Notes under the pieces: generated by a model
Told to the model about the DNA's origin: nothing
The model's input: only the letters and a program-made list of their open reading frames with translations
Databases searched by the model: none
IMG/VR virus record: IMGVR_UViG_3300031774_000009
Location: 1-62,937 of that record
Reading direction: 5' to 3' (one strand)
DNA length: 62,937 nt
Source of the DNA: a virus
Lineage: Duplodnaviria > Caudoviricetes
Shown here: positions 35,603 through 46,280 of the stretch, one piece after another
Layout: every line of letters begins with the position of its first letter
Position numbering within the stretch: the first letter of the stretch is position 1
Position numbers and translations under genes: made by a program

Positions 35603-36204
35603 GAAAAAGTTTTCTTTTCTAATTTTTGTATTTCTTTATAATAATTATTGAGTAAAGTCGACATATAAGAAGTATTAGAGAATCTACCTCCTCTAACCGG
35701 AGCTTGAGTCTGAATAGCGAATCCAGATTTAGATTTAGCTATTCTACTGCTTTTTACTAGATACTGCCCTAATCCGGAAATTCCTCGTTCGATTCCTCGT
35801 GCCCAACTACGACCAGTGGCCCATGGCATAGGTGTGGCTCCAAAAACCTCTTGTTTTGTGGGGACTTCAATTTGTATAGACATATATTTATTGCGAGGAT
35901 GATAGTGGATTTCATAAGCTTCCAATAGTTTTCTTAAATTTTTAATTGGATCACTTCCCGAATCAAATCCAATGTAAGTAAAAAGATTGCCAACGCCTCC
36001 AAGAGTTCTGCTAATATTGGTAGCAGATGGACCTCCTTTAATTTCTTGAGTAACAGGATGAGCTTCAAAAGCCTTAAGGAAATCTGTATATATCTGCTTA
36101 AATTCTGTATCCACAATTTGTTTTACTCTTTTTTTAAAAGAATTTTCTTTAATGACTTTTTGATCAATATTTTGCAAATCACGGTTGGAGAGTTTTAAAG
36201 CCAT
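35599..36204 (-). CDS. putative neck/tail completion protein
   Basis: synteny; basic; WARGIERG motif. Confidence 0.5.
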   Translation of the reverse strand: MALKLSNRDLQNIDQKVIKENSFKKRVKQIVDTEFKQIYTDFLKAFEAHPVTQEIKGGPSATNISRTLGGVGNLFTYIGFDSGSDPIKNLRKLLEAYEIHYHPRNKYMSIQIEVPTKQEVFGATPMPWATGRSWARGIERGISGLGQYLVKSSRIAKSKSGFAIQTQAPVRGGRFSNTSYMSTLLNNYYKEIQKLEKKTFS

Positions 36205-36656
36205 TATACAAGTTTTTTCAACATTACGGTGTAAAATTTAGTATCAAATAAACCATGACCTCTAAAATCACTATAAATAGAGAATTTTTGATTATCAAAT
36301 TCTACTCTTTTGGCTTCAGAAACGGTATCGTAATCTGAAGCTTTGATCTTCATTCTAACTAACCCTTCTGGAATATATACTTTAATCTGGTTGGGAGATC
36401 TAGATGCTGTAAAATAATCATCGCTCATTTGTGCGCCGTATTGTATACGAGCTTGGACTGTACTGCTTTGTTCTGTATAGGTGATAGGCGTGGTTGCCCC
36501 TGCATTTCCGTAGATAGAATTAAAGGATGAACTCGGGGTGGGCACAGTTACCACCGGATCTTTTATAACTGTAACGGGGCGAGAAAAGGTATCCGCCTGA
36601 TCATCCATTACGTCATGAAGTGCATTCTTATCACTGTCTGAAATTAAACTGGCCAT
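36204..36656 (-). CDS. putative head closure protein
   Basis: synteny; start moved to ATG 36656 behind GTGTAT. Confidence 0.5.
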   Translation of the reverse strand: MASLISDSDKNALHDVMDDQADTFSRPVTVIKDPVVTVPTPSSSFNSIYGNAGATTPITYTEQSSTVQARIQYGAQMSDDYFTASRSPNQIKVYIPEGLVRMKIKASDYDTVSEAKRVEFDNQKFSIYSDFRGHGLFDTKFYTVMLKKLV

Positions 36657-36726
36657 GTCTATATTATACACTTTTTAAAAAACCTTTAGAAAAAAAGTAT
36701 ATATACAATATTATTTTTAAGCATTT

Positions 36727-37494
36727 ATGTTTAAAGAATTATATTCGTTCACAGTAACTGACACCCAAGAAATTGAGGAAAAATCTAAAGAAAAGCGCAA
36801 AAATGATAAGGGCGTGGAAGAAGAGATTGAAGTTACAAAAAAAGTAGAAAAAGAGATTCCAGTAAAATTTATTCTTAAAGAGCCGAGCCGCCGTGAATTA
36901 GAAGAGGCAGATATGGAGTATTCTATCGAAATGAGCCGTTGCATAAAAAAGGGAATTTTGACAAAAGCCATGTTGGCCAAGAAATATTCTGATACTGGCG
37001 GGCTACTCTCAGAAAGTGATGCTAATAAATTAGTTGATTTATATGCGGAATTAGCTGATCTTGAGGGAGAATATACAAAAAAGACTTTAGCAAACAGAAA
37101 TGTTAAAAGGTTACCCGCTGCGACTAAAAAACAAATCGATGCTTTGGCTGCAAAAGTTGCAATTTGTCGCCGAGATATTGTTACACTTGAGGCTTCGTAT
37201 CAAACTTTATTTGGTCATACTGCCGATACCAAAGCCCAAAATAGAATTATTTTATGGTATTTGACTCATTTAACATATATCGTAAATAAGGAAAATGAGG
37301 AGCTGGTATATTTTCAAGGGGATACTTTTGAAAGTAAAGTGGATAGTTATTATGAAAAAGAAGAAAGTGGAGATTCTCTTTTCGCTGCGGCATCGGGAAA
37401 ATTAACTTCTGTATTAAGCTATTGGTATTTTAGCAATAGCCCTTCTAAAGAAGATTTCGATAAAATTATAGATGACATCGACCAACCCAGCTAA
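36727..37494 (+). CDS. putative tail assembly chaperone
   Basis: helical protein two genes upstream of the tape measure. Confidence 0.5.
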   Translation: MFKELYSFTVTDTQEIEEKSKEKRKNDKGVEEEIEVTKKVEKEIPVKFILKEPSRRELEEADMEYSIEMSRCIKKGILTKAMLAKKYSDTGGLLSESDANKLVDLYAELADLEGEYTKKTLANRNVKRLPAATKKQIDALAAKVAICRRDIVTLEASYQTLFGHTADTKAQNRIILWYLTHLTYIVNKENEELVYFQGDTFESKVDSYYEKEESGDSLFAAASGKLTSVLSYWYFSNSPSKEDFDKIIDDIDQPS

Positions 37495-38464
37495 TGTTAA
37501 TTTTAGACACATCTTCAGGGACGTAGTTTTTGGTTGGTCTCAAATTATTCATGACGAACGAGCTGCCTATTTAAAACATCTTTCTGTTTTTGATCAGGTA
37601 GATATTGAAGACGTTCGGGATTCTTTTTATGAAAAAGCTAAAAAAAGAGGCCTTCCTTCGGAAGAAGAAGCTTTAGAGCGCCTTCATGAAGAAGAATTGT
37701 GGACCTCTCAAGATGAAGCTAAAATCATCGAACAAAAAAATTATTTAAAAAATGTAGAAACTTCAAAAAAACAATTATTTCTTAAAAAAGAAATAGATCG
37801 CGCTAACGAAGATATTCAAGAAGCGCAGAAGAAGTTAGTTGAGCTACAGTCTGAAAAAGCTGGTTTGTTAGGGCAAACATGTGAAAAGTACGCAGAATCT
37901 CGTGTTTCAGACCATTATGTTATTAGATCCCTCTATAAAGATAGTAAATTAAAAGAGACCTACTACTCTGAAGATGAAGTTGATGAGATGAGTCGAAGTG
38001 AAATGAGCTCTATCGTTAAGCTTTATAATGAGAGTTATAGTTCTTTTGATGACAATAAAATTCAACAAGTTACTCTTCAAGATTTTTATCAACCTTATTT
38101 GCCTTTCTGCGAGAATGTAAGCAATATGTTTACAAAGCCTTTGTTTGAGCTTTCTTTAAATCAGGTAAAATTAATTATCTACAGTCGAATGTTTAAAAAC
38201 ATTTTTGAAAATTATCCTAAAATACCAGAGAGGATAAAAAAAGATCCAGAAAAAATCATAGATTATGTCAATGCCCAAGAAAAAGCTAAGGACAATCTAC
38301 AGAATATGGACAAAGAGGGCGCTTCCACCATTATGGGTGCTAACAAAGAAGATTATGATTATTTAGGTATTGAAGGTAGCGGCAATACAAGCCTTTCTTC
38401 AAAACTAAAAGAAAAAGGTGGGAAAATGGACATGAAAGACTTAATGGACGTATTAAAGAGCTAA
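37472..38464 (+). CDS. putative second tail assembly chaperone
   Basis: coiled-coil protein directly upstream of the tape measure. Confidence 0.5.
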   Translation: MTSTNPANVNFRHIFRDVVFGWSQIIHDERAAYLKHLSVFDQVDIEDVRDSFYEKAKKRGLPSEEEALERLHEEELWTSQDEAKIIEQKNYLKNVETSKKQLFLKKEIDRANEDIQEAQKKLVELQSEKAGLLGQTCEKYAESRVSDHYVIRSLYKDSKLKETYYSEDEVDEMSRSEMSSIVKLYNESYSSFDDNKIQQVTLQDFYQPYLPFCENVSNMFTKPLFELSLNQVKLIIYSRMFKNIFENYPKIPERIKKDPEKIIDYVNAQEKAKDNLQNMDKEGASTIMGANKEDYDYLGIEGSGNTSLSSKLKEKGGKMDMKDLMDVLKS

Positions 38465-38491
38465 AAAAAGTGTATAATTTTTATTGAAATT

Positions 38492-41400
38492 ATGGCTATA
38501 GATTTAAAAGCAGGTATTGATCACGCAGCTTTTGTAAAAGATGTTGAGCGCGGAATGCGTAAAGCCAACGCGGCAATGTCCAAAAGGGGCAATACTTTAA
38601 AATTAAAAATTGATGACAAAGGTTTTCGTCAGCCATTAGGCAGAATTACAGGCGACTTAAATATGTTTGATTCAGCTTTGGCTGCTTCAAATGCTCGTGT
38701 TATTGCTTTCGGTGCTTCTACTGCCGTGATAGGAGGTATCTCTAAAGCCTTCAAAGAATTAGCTAAAACTACTATTGTGGTAGCAAAACAGTTTGCAGAT
38801 ATTAATCGTATTTTATCGTTAAGCAATAAAAACTTTGAAAAATTTGGAAATAAACTTTTTGAAATTAGCAAAAAGAATGCAACAGGTTTTCAAGATACCA
38901 CTAAAGCAGCATTAGAATTTGCTCGACAAGGTCTAAAAACAGAAGAAACATTAAAAAGAACTAGTGATGCATTAACTTTAGTTCGTTTAACAGGAATTAA
39001 TGCGGACAAGGCTGTGGCAACATTAACTGCTACAGTTAATGCTTTTGAAGGAACAATGCTTACTACAACAACTGCTGTTAATAAATTTGTAGCGGTTGAA
39101 ACTAAGTTCGCTGTAGGTGCACGAGATTTGGTTGAAGCTATTGGTCGTGTGGGTTCTTCGGCAAGAGACGCAAAAGTAGGATTTGATGAATTGAATGCGA
39201 TGGTTACTTCGGTACAGCAAACCACTGGTCGAGGTGGCGCTGTTATTGGTAACGCCATGAAAACTATTTTTACGCGTTTACAACGTCAAAGTACCCTTGA
39301 AGCCTTGGAATCTTACAACGTAGCTGTTAGAGATATACAAGGTAACACGTTACCAGCTATGCAGATCCTTGATAATTTTGCACAATCTTATGCTGGTCTG
39401 GCTGACGCTAGCCAATCGTACTTAAGAGAGCAAGTAGCGGGTGTTTTCCAAGCAAATATTCTTTCAGCTATACTAAAAGATTTAAACAAACAGCAATCTA
39501 CCTATGGTAGCGCTTTAGATGTCTCAACAAAAGCTACAAATGAAGCTAATCAAGCTACAGCCGAATTAAATAGAACTTTATCTGCATTGGTAGACCAAAC
39601 AGGCTTAGAGTTCCAAAGGCTTCAACAAAATATTGGTAAAGCTACATTCGAACCTATTGCTAAAGAATTACTCGCCCCATTAAAAGGTTTGATGAAAGGC
39701 ATCAATGATCTAATTGACGGTGAAGGAGCTGGAAGTGAAGTTGCTAATGGCCTTTTAAAAGGAATAAGGAATGTATTAGGTGGGCCGGGCTTGGTGGCCG
39801 CATTAGGTTTAATTGGAAAAGTATTTTTAAATACTACTAGCTATATTTTGAAATCATTACCAGCGCTTGCAGGTATAACAACTGAAACTCAAAAACGAGC
39901 TACTTTAGAAAAACAAGTCGAAAGTATTTTACAAAGAGAATCTGGTTTAGCGTTGGCTATACAAGGCTACACAGGCAACACAGCAATGCAGGCTCAGTTG
40001 TTAGCTGATTACGCTCAAATGGCGGCAGATGATATGGATCGTCAAGAATCATCAGTTGCAAATATAGCTGCTACTTTAATGAGAATGCCTAAAGGGTCAC
40101 TAAATGTTGCGGCAGTTACTACCGGTAAAGCAGGAAAAAGAGGAGCGTCTGGTTTTATTCCGGGAATGGCTGGAGAAGTTCATGATATTAAAAGAGGCGT
40201 AGGAGGGGTGAGTTCTTCAGCTAAACCAGTTACGATTCCTAACTTTGCTTTTGGCGGTGGAGTTCGTGGAACTATGATTGCCAACACTGGAGAACATATA
40301 GTTCCCAACTTTAAAGGCGGGGGCTCTGCTATTTTTAATCCTAATATGATTGCACAGTATGGAATGCCTGCTGGGGCAAAACCAATCAGGGGAGCTGGTG
40401 GATATGTGCCTAATTTTGTTGATGTAAACAAGGCAAATGCTGGGCAGATGGCTAGTGCCGCTGGTATTACTCAATCATCACACCCTTCTTTATTTACAAA
40501 AACTGGAGCTATTCGGGTTGGGGCGTTGCGTTCAAATCTAGAAAGAAAAAGCGGGGCAAAAAGCTCCAAAGGAAGATTTTTTGATGCTCGGCAAAAGGCT
40601 CATATGTTTGTTCCTCAAGCTGGATTTAAAATGGAGAACTATCCTTATGTATTTGGACCGAATAGTTCAATGCAAAAAATGTCGTCCACGGTATCTAAGG
40701 ATGGAAAGCCTGTTGATGGAATGCTTTTGAATGCTTATGGGCCTAGTCTTACAGCTAGCAAAAGAGTACAAAAAGGAGGGAATCTAGCTAAAGTTGAAGA
40801 TATTTTAGATGACTCATTACGTATAGCTGCTGAAAATGTAATCATGGCTTACAGTCCCGCGCTTCATAGTGGCAGACCGGTTAATAAAAAGAAAGTAGAA
40901 GGTTCATTTTTAAAAGAAGGTGGGGCTGGTGCGATGGGCGCGTTCAAGGGTGCACTTTTTGAAGCTGTTGTAGACAGATTAGTAGGCCAACAATACGAGA
41001 AGGGAAAACAAAATAGTTCCACTTTAGATATATTATTGTCAGGCAAAGCAGGTAAAAATGCTGAAGATCTTTTTGGTATAACTGGTACAGCAGTAAATGC
41101 AACACACGCAGATGCCAAGTCAAGCTGGTCATCAGGCAACAGAACAAAAATTACCGAACAAATTATGAAGAACTTCGGTAAGTCTCTACCTATTACCATG
41201 GGAGCGGCTGCTAGAGGTTATGTGCCTAACTTCGCCGCACTTGGAGATTCCGTAGAAAGAGAATTAGCCGCTGGAGTTCCTATGGGATCTATTCGGGTAG
41301 GACGATCAAGTAGATTGGCCGGCCCTAATAATCCTGCTGGTCTAGGCGTTACAAATACGCGCGATGAGCCTAGAGGTTTGGCAGATGTAGTTGGAGCTTC

Positions 41401-44400
41401 AAGAGGTTACGTTCCTAATTATGTTGATCCTATGGGAGTAGATGTTAGTGGAGTAGTAGGAAAAACTAATAAGCAATTAGCCGGCCTAAATAATGGTTTC
41501 ACCAGATTCCAGAGAATACTAGATAAAGTGGCTTTAAAGTTATCTAAAAAAGAAATAACTGAAACCCAAGCGATGAGAGCTACTCAGCGTTTAGGGTCGG
41601 CTGCAGGCAAAAGTGGAGCGGCATTAACTACATTACAGGCCAGAGTTAAAACCACATCCTCAGCTATGGCAATTGCTGGGAAAAAACCTAGCTCTGCCGG
41701 AGGTGGTATGGGAGGTATGGGAGGAATGGCGGTTGGCATGGGGCTTTCAATGGGGCTTCCTATGGCTGCTGGCGCAATGGAGCAGGCCGGATTTAGTCGT
41801 GATACGACCGGGGCAATGAATATGGCGGGTACTGGAGCTGCTATTGGTATGTTGGCTGGTCCATGGGGCGCTGCTGCTGGAGCTGCTGTAGGAGCCCTTG
41901 GCAGTCTTGCGGTTTCAAGCTTAAGGGTAGGCGCAAGAATGGATGAACTTGAAGCAGAATTTACTGAGTTTGAAAAAACTTCCAAAGAGCAGAATAGCGC
42001 GGCCCAAAATATTATCAAAGCTCAAGAAGAAATTAATAATCCTACTTCAGCAGACGCACTCAAAGCAGCACAAATAGCACTAAAAGATAATTTTGAAAAA
42101 ATCAAAGGCACACAACTGGAAAAGAATTTTAAAGCGGCAGGCACCAATGTAGATGAGATGACTGTTGCGTTGAAGTCATTTACGAGCGGAGTTGTGGCTG
42201 AACGTACAGGTCGTCAAACCATCAGGGCAGCAAATAAGTTTGGCTTTCAAGATCGAGTATTAGGCAAGGGAAACAATATGATGGCCCTTACGTCTGATCT
42301 AAATCAGCCTACAACAGAGGAAGGTATATTGCGCAAAAATAAAGCCCTTACCGTAGCCGGTTATGGCAAAAAAACTCAAACGGCATTCGTCGATGAATTT
42401 AAAGACTTTTTTGAAATATTAGATTTTAATGCAGAGGAAGCTAAAGAGATCTCAACAATAGCTCGTGGTGTTAAAGAATCACCAAATGATGTATATGACT
42501 TAACTAGGAAATTTCTTGAGCTTCGAGAAGACATATTCGATGATATGTTTCTGGACGAAAAACTTTTTAAGAGTAAGCCGGGGGAGGCTAAGAGTAACGT
42601 ATTTCAGAGAGTTGCATCTCTTTTCAAGGGTGACGCTTTTGTTGAGTCACTTGGCGATATGGAAAATATTATGATTGGTGTTATGAGAGCAGCAGCAGAA
42701 GCAAAAGCAGCAGAGGATGCAAGCGACAAGCAATACAAACTCGTCAAACAACTTGAAACAAGCTTTACAGCAATTAATAAAGACTTAGATGTTTCTATAA
42801 ATGCTATAAAAGATACCCCAATAGCGAAATTTAAAGATGCTTTCAAAACTCTAAATAGTGCTTTATCTAAAATTGGCTCAGACATTAGAAATGTAGTAGG
42901 AGATCAAGTGGGAGCAACAAGGTTCAGAGCAGACGCAACTAATAGACAGAGAGTTTTAGATAATAGAGCTACTCGTCAGAAATTTGGTATAACTCAACAA
43001 AAAAGTTTACGTACTGCTTTTGACAAAGCTTTCCCTCAAGGAAGTGCTGAACTAGGAGCTTATGAAGACATTTCTAAAACGCTACTAACTAACCCAGCCA
43101 AAGCCACACAAATGCTAAAGTTGACTACAGGACCTCGACCTTCTGCGCCCGGAATAGCCGGTGAGTTACAAAGAAGGGCAGCGCCTAATATGGGAGTGTT
43201 TGCAAAGTCAGGTACAGAGCTTCCTAAAGCGCAAGATTTTAGAAATGCTGCAGCCGCGCTTATAAGAGCTTATGAAATTCAAGAAGCAAATATAGCAGCT
43301 CAAGGAACCGTTATTTCAGCAGAGCAAAAAATAGAAGAAATAAAAGCGAAAAATTTAGTTCAAGAGCGCGATCTACAAAAAGCCCAAAAGCTTTCTTTGA
43401 GTGAAAGAGAAAATCTCAATAAGTTAGAGCAAATGCGCCTGCAACAAGAAATAAGCATGATGCAAAAAAGATCTCAAGATCCTGCTGCATCTAGAGGTTT
43501 AACAAATCGACAAAATACAGCGCGTTTATTTGCTGATCAAAGAGCTGTTTTACAAAAACAAATTCTAATGGATGAAGCTCGCGTTAAAGCAGATAACGTT
43601 AATTTAAAGATGGAATTTGAGATGCAAAAAACTTTGATTCAATCTAATTTAGCTTTAATAGGGGCTGACGAGAAATTAATAGAAGCAACTGAAAAATTAG
43701 GTGCTATTATAATAGGAGAAGGTCTTGGCAAGGAATTTGATAAAGGAGGAGAGATGAGGGTAACAGGAGCGGCTGCTGCTTTGGCAGGCGGTGCCAGCAA
43801 TTCTGATATTCGTCAAATGTATATTGACCAAAATTTGAAAAAAATGGGTTTTACTGGTATTGGTTCGTCAGGAGGAAGCGCTGCTGTTGGAGGCGCTGGC
43901 GGATCAGGAAGCGCTCAAGGTGCTATACAAAAAGAAATCAATCAATTAGAACAACAATACAATCAAGATGTTGAAGGGAATAACGATCAACTACTTAAAA
44001 GAATTGAATACTTAAAAGAACAATTAAATTTAGATGAAAAGATAGGAAACCGCGAAGCTAAGCGCAATACCGAATTTTCAGCAGGACTACAAGATGGTTT
44101 TGATAAAGTATTTCAAGACACAGATTTAATCTTCAATAAATTAGGCAAAGATTTACCTACCGCTTTCAAAGATGGAATGGTTGGAGCTATGGAAAGTGCA
44201 ATGGACAAAGCTGATAGTTTTGGTGATGCAATGCGAGGAGTGGCTATTGATATGTTAAAAATGATGCGTAGAGCTGCACTTGAATCTTCAATGAGTAACT
44301 TGACCAGTTTGATGGGAATGGGCATAAGCCCCGGATTTCGCAACTCTGGACTTCAAAATGGTGCATTTGTACCGGGATCTGGAACGGGCGATAAAGTGCC

Positions 44401-45313
44401 TTCTCTATTAGAGCCGGGCGAGTATGTAATGAATCGTAAGGCCGTTAAAGGTATTGGTAGAGCTAATTTAGATAAAATGAATTTCGGCGCTTTCCCTCGT
44501 TTCGCTAATGGGGGAAGCATGGGATTAGATGAGAGTGTGCACAGCAGCAGAATGAGTGGATATTTTCTTGCATCAGATAATCCAGAATTAGCTGAAGCAC
44601 GCGAAGCTGAAAGAGAACGTTTAGCGAAGGAGGCTGAAAAAAAGGCCCAAAAGAAACAACTACTTTCTACTTTCTTGAGTACAGTAGCTAGCATGGGGGT
44701 TGGTAAATTAATGGGTATGGCAGCAGGAAAATTTGGTGCAAAAAATCCCGCTACTGTTGGAGGTCCGGGCGACAAAACAATGCATCGTAATATTGGAAGT
44801 GGTGGAGCTTTTTACTCTGAATCTGCTGTTGCCGGTAGGCCCGAAACTGCTTTTGATAGTTGGAAAGGATGGGGGCCGGGAAATGCAAGAGGAGGTCATA
44901 TAGGTTCAGGGTTTACCAATCGCGATAGTGTTCCAGCTTACATGGCAGGCGGCGAGTTTGTAATGAACAATCGGGCGGTGCGCAAGTACGGTCTTGGATT
45001 CATGGGTCGTTTAAACGGAGGTGTTATTCCAACAATGCAAGCTGGAGGGGGAGTTGACGCTGCGCCATTAAACGCTCAAAGTGGAGCTAATACTAACAAT
45101 ATATCCATCAATGTTAGCATGGGCGGCAGTGGAGGGGGAGGTCAAGGAGCCTCTGAGTCCGCCGGCAACGCTAATGCAAGTGAACAATCTAATGTGGATC
45201 AAGCCACAAAAGGAAAAGAAATGGCAGAAAGAATTCGAGCTGCGGTCCTTGAAGTAATTGGACAAGAACAACGTTTAGGCGGATCTTTAAGTAAAAAAAG
45301 TAGAACACCATAA
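38492..45313 (+). CDS. tape measure protein
   Basis: 2273 aa, Ala/Gly-rich helical; TP901-like core (ALEFARQG...GGAVIGNAMKTIFTRL); C-terminal DKVPSLLEPGEYVM and DSVPAYMAGGEFVM motifs. Confidence 0.92.
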   Translation: MAIDLKAGIDHAAFVKDVERGMRKANAAMSKRGNTLKLKIDDKGFRQPLGRITGDLNMFDSALAASNARVIAFGASTAVIGGISKAFKELAKTTIVVAKQFADINRILSLSNKNFEKFGNKLFEISKKNATGFQDTTKAALEFARQGLKTEETLKRTSDALTLVRLTGINADKAVATLTATVNAFEGTMLTTTTAVNKFVAVETKFAVGARDLVEAIGRVGSSARDAKVGFDELNAMVTSVQQTTGRGGAVIGNAMKTIFTRLQRQSTLEALESYNVAVRDIQGNTLPAMQILDNFAQSYAGLADASQSYLREQVAGVFQANILSAILKDLNKQQSTYGSALDVSTKATNEANQATAELNRTLSALVDQTGLEFQRLQQNIGKATFEPIAKELLAPLKGLMKGINDLIDGEGAGSEVANGLLKGIRNVLGGPGLVAALGLIGKVFLNTTSYILKSLPALAGITTETQKRATLEKQVESILQRESGLALAIQGYTGNTAMQAQLLADYAQMAADDMDRQESSVANIAATLMRMPKGSLNVAAVTTGKAGKRGASGFIPGMAGEVHDIKRGVGGVSSSAKPVTIPNFAFGGGVRGTMIANTGEHIVPNFKGGGSAIFNPNMIAQYGMPAGAKPIRGAGGYVPNFVDVNKANAGQMASAAGITQSSHPSLFTKTGAIRVGALRSNLERKSGAKSSKGRFFDARQKAHMFVPQAGFKMENYPYVFGPNSSMQKMSSTVSKDGKPVDGMLLNAYGPSLTASKRVQKGGNLAKVEDILDDSLRIAAENVIMAYSPALHSGRPVNKKKVEGSFLKEGGAGAMGAFKGALFEAVVDRLVGQQYEKGKQNSSTLDILLSGKAGKNAEDLFGITGTAVNATHADAKSSWSSGNRTKITEQIMKNFGKSLPITMGAAARGYVPNFAALGDSVERELAAGVPMGSIRVGRSSRLAGPNNPAGLGVTNTRDEPRGLADVVGASRGYVPNYVDPMGVDVSGVVGKTNKQLAGLNNGFTRFQRILDKVALKLSKKEITETQAMRATQRLGSAAGKSGAALTTLQARVKTTSSAMAIAGKKPSSAGGGMGGMGGMAVGMGLSMGLPMAAGAMEQAGFSRDTTGAMNMAGTGAAIGMLAGPWGAAAGAAVGALGSLAVSSLRVGARMDELEAEFTEFEKTSKEQNSAAQNIIKAQEEINNPTSADALKAAQIALKDNFEKIKGTQLEKNFKAAGTNVDEMTVALKSFTSGVVAERTGRQTIRAANKFGFQDRVLGKGNNMMALTSDLNQPTTEEGILRKNKALTVAGYGKKTQTAFVDEFKDFFEILDFNAEEAKEISTIARGVKESPNDVYDLTRKFLELREDIFDDMFLDEKLFKSKPGEAKSNVFQRVASLFKGDAFVESLGDMENIMIGVMRAAAEAKAAEDASDKQYKLVKQLETSFTAINKDLDVSINAIKDTPIAKFKDAFKTLNSALSKIGSDIRNVVGDQVGATRFRADATNRQRVLDNRATRQKFGITQQKSLRTAFDKAFPQGSAELGAYEDISKTLLTNPAKATQMLKLTTGPRPSAPGIAGELQRRAAPNMGVFAKSGTELPKAQDFRNAAAALIRAYEIQEANIAAQGTVISAEQKIEEIKAKNLVQERDLQKAQKLSLSERENLNKLEQMRLQQEISMMQKRSQDPAASRGLTNRQNTARLFADQRAVLQKQILMDEARVKADNVNLKMEFEMQKTLIQSNLALIGADEKLIEATEKLGAIIIGEGLGKEFDKGGEMRVTGAAAALAGGASNSDIRQMYIDQNLKKMGFTGIGSSGGSAAVGGAGGSGSAQGAIQKEINQLEQQYNQDVEGNNDQLLKRIEYLKEQLNLDEKIGNREAKRNTEFSAGLQDGFDKVFQDTDLIFNKLGKDLPTAFKDGMVGAMESAMDKADSFGDAMRGVAIDMLKMMRRAALESSMSNLTSLMGMGISPGFRNSGLQNGAFVPGSGTGDKVPSLLEPGEYVMNRKAVKGIGRANLDKMNFGAFPRFANGGSMGLDESVHSSRMSGYFLASDNPELAEAREAERERLAKEAEKKAQKKQLLSTFLSTVASMGVGKLMGMAAGKFGAKNPATVGGPGDKTMHRNIGSGGAFYSESAVAGRPETAFDSWKGWGPGNARGGHIGSGFTNRDSVPAYMAGGEFVMNNRAVRKYGLGFMGRLNGGVIPTMQAGGGVDAAPLNAQSGANTNNISINVSMGGSGGGGQGASESAGNANASEQSNVDQATKGKEMAERIRAAVLEVIGQEQRLGGSLSKKSRTP

Positions 45314-46278
45314 TGGCTAATAACGCTTCACCAAGCTATGAACAAATCTTCTATCTGGGAGGCGATAACGCTCTTAGTCGAACAGGAGTGTCGGGTATCC
45401 GCAATATCAGTGCGGGCTATAGTGTTGGGCAAAAGAAGGTTCGAGCTTTAGGCGCAGGGTTTATCCGTGAAATAATAGCCGAACCTTTGCGTGGCGAGTT
45501 ATCCATGACTCGAGATTTACTTTATCAAGATCCGGTTTTGGGTCTGACAGGAGAGTCTCCCGTTTCTGGCACATTATTATATGATGTGGAAATGAATGGA
45601 GCTGAAAAAGTTTATGGCTTTAATACTGGTTATCTGACTAGTTATAGTATAAATTGCGATGTTCAAGATGTCCCTACAATAGAGACAACGTTTGCTGTTT
45701 TTGGCCAGATGGGGAGCGGTGAAAGATACGGTGAATTAGACTACTCGGGCACCGCTCCTCTTCAAAATTTAGGTTTCGTTAATCACGAAGCTGTATTTTT
45801 AACTTTTAATGGCTCGGGGACAAATCGAGCTGTATCGGTTTCCCAAACTTACGATATTAATCGTGTCCCTATTTATACATTAGACCAAAAAACTGACGAA
45901 AGTTATTACACTCCATCTCAAGTAATAACAGAATATCCCATTGAAATTACTACTAATTTAACAATAGAAATGGATGATTATGAAACTGCGAATATGATAG
46001 ATAATATCCGTAGTGGTAATTATCAAACAATTGGGGTTGAAATTCGATTAGGAAGAAAAGAAGACACATTAGATGGCAATACTAATATACCCGCAGTTAC
46101 GGGCAATTTATGCTTAAATGATAACGTAGGTAACTGTTTGGGCGATGATGGTGATGGAATAACAAGATATGAATTTTTAAGCACAACAGGGCATTTAGTC
46201 TCAGAAAGTATTGAGTCTGCCGTGGATGGTGTTTTAAGTGTAAATTTAGAATTTAAAGACTACTACAACAAAGATTAA
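45313..46278 (+). CDS. tail protein, tube-like fold (distal tail candidate)
   Basis: directly after the TMP; motif similarity to the 33230-34699 tube protein. Confidence 0.55.
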   Translation: MANNASPSYEQIFYLGGDNALSRTGVSGIRNISAGYSVGQKKVRALGAGFIREIIAEPLRGELSMTRDLLYQDPVLGLTGESPVSGTLLYDVEMNGAEKVYGFNTGYLTSYSINCDVQDVPTIETTFAVFGQMGSGERYGELDYSGTAPLQNLGFVNHEAVFLTFNGSGTNRAVSVSQTYDINRVPIYTLDQKTDESYYTPSQVITEYPIEITTNLTIEMDDYETANMIDNIRSGNYQTIGVEIRLGRKEDTLDGNTNIPAVTGNLCLNDNVGNCLGDDGDGITRYEFLSTTGHLVSESIESAVDGVLSVNLEFKDYYNKD

Positions 46279-46280
46279 AA

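Noticed and set aside
37440-37494. lambda G/GT-type programmed frameshift between the two chaperone-like genes
   Set aside because: The second ORF is in the +1 frame with its own ATG, and no XXXYYYZ slippery heptamer is evident near the junction
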